In this document: positions 18,309 to 27,429 of the stretch, piece after piece
Layout: every line of letters starts with the position of its first letter
How positions within the stretch are numbered: position 1 is the first letter of the stretch
Source of the DNA: an uncultured Candidatus Saccharibacteria bacterium
GTDB taxonomy: Bacteria > Patescibacteriota > Minisyncoccia > Phycocordibacterales > UBA2100
Direction of reading: 5' to 3'
Length of the DNA: 64,000 nucleotides
Assembly: GCA_964512835.1 (NCBI GenBank)
Contig: CAZELA010000003.1
Coordinates: 88,098 to 152,097, forward strand
The notes under the pieces: model-generated
Seen by the model: only the letters and a program-made list of their open reading frames with translations
Told to the model about the DNA's origin: nothing
The model's database searches: none
Translations under genes and position numbers: made by a program

Positions 18309-18809
18309 ATGAAAGTGCTCGCGATCGATCCCGGATACGGCAGGTGCGGCATGGCGGTCCTGGAGCGTGTGGGCACCAAAGACATACTTATCTACTCCAC
18401 GTGTGTCGAGACTGACTCGAAAACGGAATTCGCCGAGCGACTGCGCCAGGTAGTCGCTATATGCGAGTCACTCCTTGCAACACACGCGCCCGATCACATG
18501 GCGATGGAAAAACTGTTCTTCAAAGCCAATCGCACGACCGCACTCAAGGTCGCAGAGGTCCGCGGCGCAATCATTAACGCCGCCGCTATGCGTGCGGTAC
18601 CGGTGCACGAGTACTCCCCCGCGGAAATAAAGAGCGCGACGGCGGGATGGGGAGGCGCGGACAAGAAACAGATAGCAACCATGATTCACGCGCTCGTAAA
18701 AATTGAAAAGCCGATCAAGCACGACGACGAATACGACGCGATTGCGGTCGGCGTGACGCACCTGGCGTGTTACCGAAGTTTACTGACGCGACAAGGAAAG
18801 GTGGCATAG
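18309..18809 (+). CDS. ruvC: Crossover junction endodeoxyribonuclease RuvC
   Basis: MKVLAIDPGYGRCGMAV ... catalytic Asp/Glu ... DEYDAIAVGVTHL, the RuvC resolvase pattern. ATG at 18309 lies within the longer TTG-initiated ORF. Confidence 0.85.
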   Translation: MKVLAIDPGYGRCGMAVLERVGTKDILIYSTCVETDSKTEFAERLRQVVAICESLLATHAPDHMAMEKLFFKANRTTALKVAEVRGAIINAAAMRAVPVHEYSPAEIKSATAGWGGADKKQIATMIHALVKIEKPIKHDDEYDAIAVGVTHLACYRSLLTRQGKVA

Positions 18810-18848
18810 TTGCGGCGGACAAAACGGTGACTCACAGGGAGATCTCAC

Positions 18849-19673
18849 ATGACCGCATCAGGTAGGGTTTTCAACGTCGTGATGGCGTTGCCGCAGAGTA
18901 CGAACGCATTCGTTCGTGCACATATCGGCGGTATCCTCGGAATATTCGTCGTACTGTCGCTCGGGGCCACCGCCCTCAAGGCGATCATGTTCGGCGACAA
19001 ACTCAGCATTTTGACGCTCGTCATCCTCGTCCTCGGCTGGATCGTGCCCATGATCGGGCGCGATCAGGAGAGGAAAGAGACCGACGAGGACTACGCCGTG
19101 CGCATGGCCGGCAAGCGCCTCATCACACGAGTGTGGCAGGTCGTCTCGATCGCAGTATTTCCGGCGATCTTCGTACTGTTTCCGCCGATCAACCACGACC
19201 GGTATCCGGAAAGTGTCTGGGTCCGTGCATACGACGGCGTAACGTCGCTCTCCGGGGAGACTATGTTCATCAACCCCTTTCGCACGGTCGTGTACGACGT
19301 AAGCGCGTCGCAGGGATTTTCCGTCACGACACGAGCGACGTCACGCGACGGAATTCCGCTGCAATGTCACGCGACAGTCGTCGGCGTCGTGCTCGACAGA
19401 CGCAAACCTGCCGAGCTCGAGACGTTTCTTTCGTCGCTCGCCCGGAAGGGTAATCCTGGCACGCTGATCCAGAGTGAGCTCAGGCAGGCAGCGACCGCGT
19501 CACTTGCAGCTGTCGTCTCGTCAAAGACGGCTGAGGAGATCGCGTCGCCGGTGAGCAAGTTCACGATTCCCTACGCCGTCGGCACACCGCTCTACGAGGT
19601 GCTCGCGCGAATGCGGCTGCAGTTCAGCGGCGGTAGTGTGCAACCGAGTTGCCGCATACTGTTCGAGAGTTAA
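18849..19673 (+). CDS. membrane protein with SPFH/band-7-like domain
   Basis: Two N-terminal TM helices. FINPFRTVVYDVSASQGFSVTTRATSRDGIPLQCHATVVGVVLD resembles the SPFH core (stomatin/prohibitin-like). Strong terminator at about 19699-19736. Confidence 0.45.
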   Translation: MTASGRVFNVVMALPQSTNAFVRAHIGGILGIFVVLSLGATALKAIMFGDKLSILTLVILVLGWIVPMIGRDQERKETDEDYAVRMAGKRLITRVWQVVSIAVFPAIFVLFPPINHDRYPESVWVRAYDGVTSLSGETMFINPFRTVVYDVSASQGFSVTTRATSRDGIPLQCHATVVGVVLDRRKPAELETFLSSLARKGNPGTLIQSELRQAATASLAAVVSSKTAEEIASPVSKFTIPYAVGTPLYEVLARMRLQFSGGSVQPSCRILFES

Positions 19674-19698
19674 CGCTTCGCTGTCGTTCTTTCATGAT

Positions 19699-19736
19699 CA
19701 CGCGTCCCGCTTGTTCGGGACGCGTTCTTTTTTTGA
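19699..19736 (+). terminator. Rho-independent terminator
   Basis: ACGCGTCCCG-CTTGTT-CGGGACGCGT followed by TCTTTTTTT. Confidence 0.75.
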
Positions 19737-19764
19737 AAGCGGAAAAAAGATACAATGCCCCATA

Positions 19765-22194
19765 ATGAGCAGACTCCGTGAAGTGCGTCGTCGCACCGGT
19801 CATCACTTTAATCGCCTTCCTGAGTGGGTGCGTCTTTCACTCACCCTTCTTGCCGCACTCACCTTCTTCGGTCTCGGCGGCATCATCGCATGGGCAACCT
19901 TCATGCCGATCCCTGATATTAATAGCTTCGAGAACCGACAGGTTGCCGAGAGTACCAAGATTTACGATCGCACCGGTAATATCGTGCTCTACGATGTGCA
20001 CGGCTCGGTGCGCCGAACATCGGTTCCCCTGGAACAGATCTCTCCGAACATCCAAAAAGCGACGATTGCAATCGAAGACGCCTCGTTCTACGAACACCAC
20101 GGCTTCCGTCCGACCCGCTTCCTGCTTGCCGCGTGGGCAGATGTGACAACCGGTTCGTTTGGCCAGGGAGGCTCAACGATCACACAGCAGGTGGTAAAGA
20201 ACGCGCTTCTCACCCGCAAAAAGACCCCGACCCGAAAACTGCAGGAAATTATTCTTGCAGTCCGCCTAGAGCGCGTGTATTCAAAAGACGAGATCCTGAG
20301 TGTCTACCTGAACGAAAACCCGTACGGCGGCACCATCTACGGCGTCGAAGAGGCGGCGCAGTACTTTTTTGGCGTTGATGCAAACAACGTATCGCTCGCA
20401 CAGGCTGCATACCTCGCAGCGCTCCCTCAGGCGCCGACCTACTATTCTCCCAACGGCAACCACCGCGATGCACTCGATGCGCGAAAAGACCGGGTGCTGT
20501 TCGAGATGCTCGACCACAAAATGATCACACAAGAGGAGTACAACGACGCAAAAGCGGAACAGGTGCAGTTCCTCGACGTCGCCGAGGCTGGTATCAAGGC
20601 GCCGCACTTTGTGTTCTATATCCGCGAGTATCTTGAGAGTAAGTACGGAGTGGACTCGGTGCAGAAAGAGGGCCTCAAAGTCATCACAACACTCGACTAC
20701 GACCTGCAGAAAAAGGCGGAAGAGACGGTCGCGGCGTACGCACCCGGAATGGAAAAGAACTTCGATGCATCGAACGAAGGCATGGTTGCGATCGAACCGA
20801 AAACCGGTCAAATCCTCACGATGGTGGGCTCACGCGGATACTTCGATAACTCGATCGACGGCAAAGTAAACGTTGCGGTCGCACACCGCCAGCCGGGCTC
20901 GTCATTCAAGCCGATCGTTTACGCAACCGCATTCCAAAAAGGCTATACGCCGGAAACCGTAGTCTTCGACCTGAAGACACAGTTCTCAACCACATGCGGT
21001 GTGCAGGATGTGCTCAATGACGAACCGCCGTGCTACAGCCCCGAAAACTTCGACGGGAAGTTCCACGGCCCTATCTCGCTGCGAAATGCCCTCGCACAAT
21101 CCATGAACATCCCCGCCGTAAAAACGCTCTATCTTGCGGGCGTCGAAGACTCAATCGCGATGGCACAAAAGCTGGGTATAACCACACTGACCGACGCGTC
21201 ACGCTACGGACTCACACTGGTACTCGGCGGCGGCGAAGTAACACTGCTCGAAATGACGGGAGCATACAGCGTGTTCGCCAACGACGGATTGAAGAATCCC
21301 CCAACCGGTATCCTGCGAGTCGAAGACCGTGACGGCGCCGTCCTTGAAGAATACAAAGATACATCCGAACAAGTGCTCGACCCCGAGATCGCACGCCAGG
21401 TAAACGATGTACTCTCCGACAACGTCGCGAGAACACCGGAGTTCGGTGCCGATTCACCCCTCAACTTCTCTGAATTCAAGGTGGCGGACAAAACCGGTAC
21501 GACCAACGACTTCCGCGACGTATGGATCATCGGATACACCCCGGGTATATCGGTCGGCGCATGGGCGGGCAACAACGACAACAGCCAGATGCAGAAAAAG
21601 ATCGCAGCATTCATCATTGCGCCGATGTGGCACGAATTCATGTCGTATGCGATGAAGAAATACCCTGCAGAACCCTTTACGGAGCCGGCTCCCATCGCGG
21701 ACAGAGATTCGCTGCCCCCTGTTCTACTTGGAGAATGGAATACGAATCCTTCGCAAGGTGTGCACGAGATCTTGTACTGGGTGAATAAAGACAACCCGCG
21801 CAGCGGCAGCGGCGGCAGCACGAATGATTCGCAGTTCCGCTACTGGGATTATCCGGTGCAATTATGGGCAAGCGGTCAGGTTGCTTCGTCGACGGGTTCA
21901 AGCGGGCCGGTTGTGGGTACTCCGGAGACTGTTTCTTCGTTCCGTGTCCTCTCTCCGACTGCAGGATCGTTCGTCCCTGTCGGCCGACCGATGACCATTA
22001 CTGCGTACTACCCGAATCCCGGCAATGTCGTGCAGATTACCTATCTGATCAACGGTATCCCGGTCGGTACTGCTAACCAGCCTCCGTTTGCGGTCACCCA
22101 TGTGCCGAATATCCCCGGTCCGTCGAGTCTCCAGGCGATCGTGCAAACAACGACCGACACGGAAACATCGCAGATACCGTTCACGGTTCAATAA
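19765..22194 (+). CDS. Class A penicillin-binding protein (bifunctional glycosyltransferase/transpeptidase, PBP1A-like)
   Basis: TM anchor, GT51 motifs (EDASFYEHHGF, GGSTITQQ, RKLQE) and transpeptidase motifs (SSFKP, SxN, KTGT). Internal ATG at 19765 chosen; the upstream part of the ORF overlaps the previous gene and is not protein-like. Confidence 0.9.
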   Translation: MSRLREVRRRTGHHFNRLPEWVRLSLTLLAALTFFGLGGIIAWATFMPIPDINSFENRQVAESTKIYDRTGNIVLYDVHGSVRRTSVPLEQISPNIQKATIAIEDASFYEHHGFRPTRFLLAAWADVTTGSFGQGGSTITQQVVKNALLTRKKTPTRKLQEIILAVRLERVYSKDEILSVYLNENPYGGTIYGVEEAAQYFFGVDANNVSLAQAAYLAALPQAPTYYSPNGNHRDALDARKDRVLFEMLDHKMITQEEYNDAKAEQVQFLDVAEAGIKAPHFVFYIREYLESKYGVDSVQKEGLKVITTLDYDLQKKAEETVAAYAPGMEKNFDASNEGMVAIEPKTGQILTMVGSRGYFDNSIDGKVNVAVAHRQPGSSFKPIVYATAFQKGYTPETVVFDLKTQFSTTCGVQDVLNDEPPCYSPENFDGKFHGPISLRNALAQSMNIPAVKTLYLAGVEDSIAMAQKLGITTLTDASRYGLTLVLGGGEVTLLEMTGAYSVFANDGLKNPPTGILRVEDRDGAVLEEYKDTSEQVLDPEIARQVNDVLSDNVARTPEFGADSPLNFSEFKVADKTGTTNDFRDVWIIGYTPGISVGAWAGNNDNSQMQKKIAAFIIAPMWHEFMSYAMKKYPAEPFTEPAPIADRDSLPPVLLGEWNTNPSQGVHEILYWVNKDNPRSGSGGSTNDSQFRYWDYPVQLWASGQVASSTGSSGPVVGTPETVSSFRVLSPTAGSFVPVGRPMTITAYYPNPGNVVQITYLINGIPVGTANQPPFAVTHVPNIPGPSSLQAIVQTTTDTETSQIPFTVQ

Positions 22195-22200
22195 GACTTA

Positions 22201-22240
22201 AAAACAAAAACGACTCCCGCGCGGGAGTCGTTTTGTTTAG
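22201..22240. terminator. Bidirectional terminator between PBP1A (+) and dnaN (-)
   Basis: AAAACAAAAA CGACTCCCGC-GCGGGAGTCG TTTTGTTT: A-run, 10-bp stem, T-run. Confidence 0.75.
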
Positions 22241-22249
22241 GCGAGCGAG

Positions 22250-23347
22250 TTATCGGTTGAGCGGCATCACGAGGTACATGAACGACGCGTCGGATGCCCC
22301 GCGGATAACGAGCGGGCGACCGGGCCCGGCGAATGAAAGCACGACACTGTCACTTTCAACGCTTGGTAAACATTCGGAGAGGTACCCGATATGAAAATTG
22401 ATATCAAGATCTTCACCGGTTAGCGCTGCATCAATTGAGTCAGACATCTCGCCTACATCATTCGAACGCGCGGTCGCACTGAAAATCTTTTTCTTCGGGT
22501 ACACATGCAGACCCACGTGTTGATCATTACCCGAAAATACACGCGCCTTGCGAAGCATTTCAGACAGGTCGGCCTTCAGAAGCGTTGCCTCGGTTGCCGT
22601 AGTCTTCGGCACGATCTCTTTGTAGTTCGGAAATGTCGCATCTACGACACGGGAGACGAATCGTACACCACCTCCTGAGAGCACGAGCTGTGCATCTTCC
22701 GTCGCGATCGTGACCGTATCGTCGTCGATCTTGTCGAGAATGTGAGTAAGTTCGAGTGCGTGTTTAAGGGGGATGAGCAATTCGCTTTCTTCATTCGCAC
22801 CGACACCGGTTATCGTCTTCTCGGCAAGTCGAAACGAGTCAGTTGCTACGGACACCATCGAACCGTCTTTGATGACGATATAGATGCTTCCGAGGTCAGG
22901 ACGGATCATTGACGGTGATGCCGCATAGCTAACAGCCTGTAATCCGCGTGTAATTCGCTCCCTATTCATCGTAATACCCTTTTTAGATGTCGTGGTAGGG
23001 AGTACCGGGAATTCGGCTTGTGGCACGGCTTTTATGAGGGTTTTCGATCCGCGTGATTCGATCAAAAGATTTCCGTCTTCAGCAGACAGTGTGACTGTGT
23101 CGCCGTTGATGGATCGGATGGTCTGAGAAAGGATCGTTGCAGGTACCGCAATCGTTCCCTTTTCCTGAATATCAGCGGGTACTGTGATTTCAACACCGGC
23201 TTCAAGATTTGTTGCTCGTATTACCAGTTCTTTGTCAGCATCGATAAGAATGCACGAAAGGATCGGGAGTGATTCCTTTTTCCCCACCACCCGCTCCGCG
23301 ATCAGAATCGCATTCAGGATTTTTTCTTTCGTCGTTCCTATCTTCAT
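22250..23347 (-). CDS. dnaN: DNA polymerase III beta sliding clamp
   Basis: Three-domain beta-clamp pattern. Gene order dnaA-dnaN. Confidence 0.9.
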   Translation of the reverse strand: MKIGTTKEKILNAILIAERVVGKKESLPILSCILIDADKELVIRATNLEAGVEITVPADIQEKGTIAVPATILSQTIRSINGDTVTLSAEDGNLLIESRGSKTLIKAVPQAEFPVLPTTTSKKGITMNRERITRGLQAVSYAASPSMIRPDLGSIYIVIKDGSMVSVATDSFRLAEKTITGVGANEESELLIPLKHALELTHILDKIDDDTVTIATEDAQLVLSGGGVRFVSRVVDATFPNYKEIVPKTTATEATLLKADLSEMLRKARVFSGNDQHVGLHVYPKKKIFSATARSNDVGEMSDSIDAALTGEDLDINFHIGYLSECLPSVESDSVVLSFAGPGRPLVIRGASDASFMYLVMPLNR

Positions 23348-23584
23348 ACTTATTTAATTAAAGACTATTACTACTACTAGTGACTGGGATAACGGGATAA
23401 CTCAGAAAGAGCTAGGAAATACGCGATAATTTCTGTCTCCGACACCCGTGGATAACTGCTGCGCGAGGACTGTGTCGTCTGTGGACGAACGTGCGTTGGA
23501 GAAGTACACCGTGCTATTCATTGAGACTTCATAGTGTTGTACCCTGCGTTCTTCCCCTGTTTGTGCAGGTGATATCCACATAGG
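23348..23584. promoter_or_regulatory. dnaA-dnaN intergenic region with DnaA boxes and AT-rich tract (oriC candidate)
   Basis: AT-rich ACTTATTTAATTAAAGACTATTACTACTACTAG directly after the dnaN start. CGTGGATAA (about 23447-23455) and ATATCCACA (about 23572-23580) are each 1 mismatch from the TTATCCACA box. Weaker TGGGATAAC x2 and TGTGGACGA. Confidence 0.6.
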
Positions 23585-24934
23585 CTAGGCGTGAATCAGC
23601 GCGCGAATGTGGTCGAGCTCCTGTTCGAGCGAGCTCGAATTTTTCATCTCCTCCTTAATTTTTTCGCACGAGTGAATAACGGTCGTATGGTCGCGGCCGC
23701 CGAGCTTCTCGCCGATTGACGGGTATGAGACCGCGAACTCTTCGCGCAGCACGTACATGATGATCTGGCGCGGCTTCACGACCTCCTTTTTGCGGGTCTT
23801 TTCGTAGATGCTCTTCTCCGGTACTTCGTAGTACTGCGCGATACGTCGCACGACTTCGTCGATAGAGACTCCGCGGTTCGGCTTTACGTTGTGTTTAATG
23901 AGTGCGCGTACGTCGGCGTGCGAGATAGCCTTCCCCTTCAGTTGAGACTTACAGACGATCATATTGAGCACACCCTCAAGCTCACGGATGTTACCCCGCA
24001 CGTTCTCGGCAATGTACTGAATGATGTCCGCAGGAATCGAGAAGCCATGCTGTTCGATCTTTGCGCCGATGATGGCGGTACGACTCTCAACGTCCGGTTC
24101 AGGAATCTCTGCGATCATACCGCCCGAGAATCGTCCTTTCAGGCGGTCTTCGAAGCCGGGTAACAGCGCCGGATGTTTGTCCGACGAGAATACGATCTGC
24201 TTGTTGTTATCGCGCAATGCGTTGAAGAGGTGGAACAACTCCTCCTGGGTTTTCTCTGTATTTGCGATGAACTGCACGTCGTCCATGATGAGTACGTCGT
24301 ACTGACGGTACTGATCCTTGAAGTTATTAGCGTGCCCGGCACGTACCGCATTGATGTAGTCGATAGCAAAGCGCTCCGACGTCACGTAGAGGACCTTCTT
24401 GTTCGCGTGCGACTTCTTAAAGTAGTTCCCTATCGCCTGGATAAGGTGGGTCTTTCCGTGGCCGGTTGATCCGTAGATAAAGAGCGGGTTATATGCGAGT
24501 CCCGGACGCTCAAGCACCGCCTTTGCGGCAGCGTGGGCGAGCTGATTGAACGGTCCCACGACGAATGTTTCAAATGTGTAGCGCGGGTTCAGGTTATCGC
24601 GCTTGTCTATATAGAGCGACTGGAGGTCGAACGAGGCGTTCTGAGGCGCCTCCTGCTTCTGCGGCTTGCGATCCTGCTGCGGTGCAGTGCGGTGCACGAC
24701 GTATTCGACTGTCCGGATAGACGAATCGAGCGAGCGGAGCGCCTTCATGATGAGCTTGTGGTGCTTGTCGGAGAGCCATTCCTTCACAATCTTCGACGGA
24801 ACAGCGACCTGCACGGTACCCCCATCACGGTGAGCCACGTCAGTATTGCGAAACCATGTTCGGAACGAGGCTTCAGAAGTACCCAACTCTATCTGTACGA
24901 GTGCGTTCTGCCATAGTTCACGGTTTGTCATCAT
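23585..24934 (-). CDS. dnaA: Chromosomal replication initiator DnaA
   Basis: Domain I, AAA+ domain with Walker A GSTGHGKTHL and box VII, and domain IV IGEKLGGRDHTTVIHSCEKI. Confidence 0.95.
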   Translation of the reverse strand: MMTNRELWQNALVQIELGTSEASFRTWFRNTDVAHRDGGTVQVAVPSKIVKEWLSDKHHKLIMKALRSLDSSIRTVEYVVHRTAPQQDRKPQKQEAPQNASFDLQSLYIDKRDNLNPRYTFETFVVGPFNQLAHAAAKAVLERPGLAYNPLFIYGSTGHGKTHLIQAIGNYFKKSHANKKVLYVTSERFAIDYINAVRAGHANNFKDQYRQYDVLIMDDVQFIANTEKTQEELFHLFNALRDNNKQIVFSSDKHPALLPGFEDRLKGRFSGGMIAEIPEPDVESRTAIIGAKIEQHGFSIPADIIQYIAENVRGNIRELEGVLNMIVCKSQLKGKAISHADVRALIKHNVKPNRGVSIDEVVRRIAQYYEVPEKSIYEKTRKKEVVKPRQIIMYVLREEFAVSYPSIGEKLGGRDHTTVIHSCEKIKEEMKNSSSLEQELDHIRALIHA

Positions 24935-25129
24935 AATTGTGTGATACGTCGTCTATGCAGTGAGAACAATGCTCAGCATTATACGCACTTCGTGCTCGTA
25001 TGGAATCTTGACCGAGTGTCGCAGGGGTGTTCACAACTATGTGGATAACGCGGGGATATGTTTTTTTGCGCTCGCGGAATTTTTTTCCGCACGTTGCGTT
25101 TTTCACCCGCCTGTCGCATACTGCGCCGC
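24935..25129. promoter_or_regulatory. dnaA-rpmH divergent promoter region with a perfect DnaA box and T-tracts
   Basis: Perfect TGTGGATAA at about 25039-25047, then three phased T-tracts (ATGTTTTTTTGCG, GGAATTTTTTTCC, GCGTTTTTCACC). Confidence 0.6.
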
Positions 25130-25270
25130 ATGTCGACCAAGCGAACATATCAACCCAAAAAGCGAAAGCGTGTGAAAACACACGGCTTCCGAGCGCGAAC
25201 AAAGTCTGCGACCGGTAAGGCTGTGCTCGTTCGCCGCCGCCGCAAGGGCCGAGCGAAGCTCACGGTCTAG
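25130..25270 (+). CDS. rpmH: 50S ribosomal protein L34
   Basis: [46 protein letters not shown]. The upstream part of the tool ORF is not coding. Confidence 0.9.
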   Translation: MSTKRTYQPKKRKRVKTHGFRARTKSATGKAVLVRRRRKGRAKLTV

Positions 25271-25283
25271 TACCGTACCCGCC

Positions 25284-25610
25284 ATGCCTAAAAAGCAGCG
25301 GCTTACAGGGGGCGAAATTCGTCGCCTCAAACCTGAAAAAAGGCTTGTTTCAAGCCTTTTTTCGCTTTCGTATGCTCGTGATGCGGGTGCCGGGAAAGCC
25401 GCCTGTGTCGTATCCAAAAAGGTATCCGCCCGCGCGGTTGACCGCAATACCGTGAAGCGCCGGATGCGCGCCGCTCTGCGTTCGCTCGCTCCCCTGCCCC
25501 CGCGCGTCTCTATGGTAATAGCTGCCAAGAAGGCGGTGATGACCGTTACGTATACTGAGCTACGAACAGACCTCGAATCACTGGTCAGCCGCATTCATGG
25601 CGGGAAATAA
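25284..25610 (+). CDS. rnpA: Ribonuclease P protein component
   Basis: RNase P protein pattern (KKQRL ... VSKKVSARAVDRNTVKRRMRAALR). Position directly after rpmH. Confidence 0.85.
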   Translation: MPKKQRLTGGEIRRLKPEKRLVSSLFSLSYARDAGAGKAACVVSKKVSARAVDRNTVKRRMRAALRSLAPLPPRVSMVIAAKKAVMTVTYTELRTDLESLVSRIHGGK

Positions 25611-25637
25611 TCGCAAAGAGTACAATACGCGGACTAT

Positions 25638-26372
25638 ATGATCTCCTCAGCATTCCACGCGGTCGTGTATCTTCCGATTTATAACGCACTCGTCTACTTC
25701 GTCGATGTGGTACCGACGCACGACATCGGTATAGCGGTCATCATTGTGACCATCATCGTACGCTTCATCCTCTTTCCGCTTGCGCGCCGCGCGATCAAGT
25801 CTCAGATGGCCATGAAGGCGGTTGCCCCCGAGATCGAGGAACTTAAGAAAAAATACAAGGATAAGCCGGAAGAACAGGGTCGCGCTATGTTTGCGCTGTA
25901 TCGGGAGCGTAAAGTGAACCCGTTTTCCGGGTTTCTACTCCTGTTGCTCCAGCTCCCTATCCTGCTTGGCCTCTACTGGGTGTTCGCACGCGGGGGGTTT
26001 CCGGTCGTAAAGCCGGAAATGCTCTATTCTTTCGTCGCTGTGCCGGAGGCGGTGAACATGCACTTCCTGGGGCTTATCGACATGGGCGGAAAGAGTATCC
26101 TTTTGGCCGTTTTGGTGGCTATAACGCAGGCTATTTACACCCGGCTCTCCATGGGTCCCCAGGGCACTGTTACCCAGACCGAAGCTTCATTCTCGGATGA
26201 AATGGCGAAGAGTTTCGACGTTCAGGCACGCTATGTGCTACCGGTCGTGATCGGCATTGTTTCCTACTTTGTAGCCGCCGCCGCACCTTTGTACTGGGTC
26301 ACCAGTAACCTTTTTATGATCGGACAAGAGATATACGTCGGTCGCCGCTTTCACGGCCGCCATGTGCAGTAA
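25638..26372 (+). CDS. yidC: Membrane protein insertase YidC (short Oxa1-like form)
   Basis: Five TM segments, conserved PLYWVTSNLFMIGQE and amphipathic region. Classic rnpA-yidC-jag order. Confidence 0.85.
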   Translation: MISSAFHAVVYLPIYNALVYFVDVVPTHDIGIAVIIVTIIVRFILFPLARRAIKSQMAMKAVAPEIEELKKKYKDKPEEQGRAMFALYRERKVNPFSGFLLLLLQLPILLGLYWVFARGGFPVVKPEMLYSFVAVPEAVNMHFLGLIDMGGKSILLAVLVAITQAIYTRLSMGPQGTVTQTEASFSDEMAKSFDVQARYVLPVVIGIVSYFVAAAAPLYWVTSNLFMIGQEIYVGRRFHGRHVQ

Positions 26373-26426
26373 AAGCATCACGTTTGATTAGGCGTCAAGT
26401 CGCGCACCGTTTGAATTGAGAGTATA

Positions 26427-26903
26427 GTGCCCTTCATGCACGCAACGGTTGAAACAATTTTGAAGGAATTGCTTGCCTCCATGGGGCTTGAGACCGCCAA
26501 AGTCAGCCGTGCAGAAGCTGCCGGTCAGGCTATTTTTTCCATACAGACAGAGGACCCGGCCGAGGCTCGAGCACTCATCGGCGCACATGGCGATACCGTG
26601 CACGCCATCGATATGCTGGTAAAAAAGATCGCGGAAAAACGACTCTCTCCCGAGGAGTCCGAAAACATGCACTTTCTTGTCGATGTGAACGACTACCGCG
26701 TAAAGCAGATTAAGGACCTGCAGACGAAGGCTCTTATGATGGCGGAACGCGCCCGCTCATTCCAATACGACGTTGAGCTCTCGCCCATGAGTGCGTACGA
26801 GCGACTCATCGTGCACACAACGCTCCAGGATGCGCCGAATGTGAAGACGGAATCGGCCGGCGAAGGGCGCAACCGTCGCGTGGTCATCAAATACGCAGCC
26901 TAA
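26427..26903 (+). CDS. khpB: Jag/KhpB (EloR) KH + R3H RNA-binding protein
   Basis: Jag N-terminal segment, KH-like segment and C-terminal R3H (YERLIVHTTLQD ... GEGRNRRVVIK). GTG start with SD-like GAGAG. Confidence 0.8.
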   Translation: MPFMHATVETILKELLASMGLETAKVSRAEAAGQAIFSIQTEDPAEARALIGAHGDTVHAIDMLVKKIAEKRLSPEESENMHFLVDVNDYRVKQIKDLQTKALMMAERARSFQYDVELSPMSAYERLIVHTTLQDAPNVKTESAGEGRNRRVVIKYAA

Positions 26904-26920
26904 GCCCTGCCCCGTACAAC

Positions 26921-26954
26921 AAAAAGACGGCACGATGGTGCCGTCTTTTTGTTT
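26921..26954. terminator. Bidirectional terminator between jag (+) and the pilin gene (-)
   Basis: AAAAA GACGGCAC-GATG-GTGCCGTC TTTTTGTTT. Confidence 0.75.
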
Positions 26955-26966
26955 GAACCGAGCTCT

Positions 26967-27422
26967 TTATCGAGATCCGATGCCCCCCTGCCCCAGCGGT
27001 GTCGTCTGTTTTGGAGTGACGTACTTGATGTTGAGTTGCGTGAGTTGCGGGTTGATCTGGTTCAGGATGAGATACACGCTCAAGAGCAGCAAGAGTCCGA
27101 TCATAACGTCACCTAAAATTTCTTTGGCGTGCGACTTCTCACCCCATGCGTCAGATGACATGTACTGCCACCCTGCATAGCCGATGCGGAGTACTGCGAG
27201 AATCGCGCCGATCGACAGTGCGATCTTGAATGCGGAACCCACGAACGAGCCCAAGTCGTTGAAGCCTGAACTGTTGACGCTGTTTACACCGAAGATCTTG
27301 GAAAAGTCTGCATTCTTAGTCAGCGGCACGAAGCCTCCCTGTGCGTGTGAAAGGACGGGAACGGCAAGAGCAAGCGCAAACAGAATTAGTACAGTAAGTG
27401 TGAGGGTTCGCGTGAGACGCAT
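26967..27422 (-). CDS. VirB2/TrbC-like T4SS pilin
   Basis: Signal peptide MRLTRTLTLTVLILFALALAVPVLSHAQ. Two hydrophobic helices (SAFKIALSIGAILAVLRIGYAGWQYM and ILGDVMIGLLLLLSVYLILNQ) flank a short loop, which is the VirB2 topology. First gene distal in the cluster. ATG at 27420-27422 chosen; the longer ORF overlaps the previous gene. Confidence 0.55.
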   Translation of the reverse strand: MRLTRTLTLTVLILFALALAVPVLSHAQGGFVPLTKNADFSKIFGVNSVNSSGFNDLGSFVGSAFKIALSIGAILAVLRIGYAGWQYMSSDAWGEKSHAKEILGDVMIGLLLLLSVYLILNQINPQLTQLNIKYVTPKQTTPLGQGGIGSR

Positions 27423-27429
27423 AGGTACA

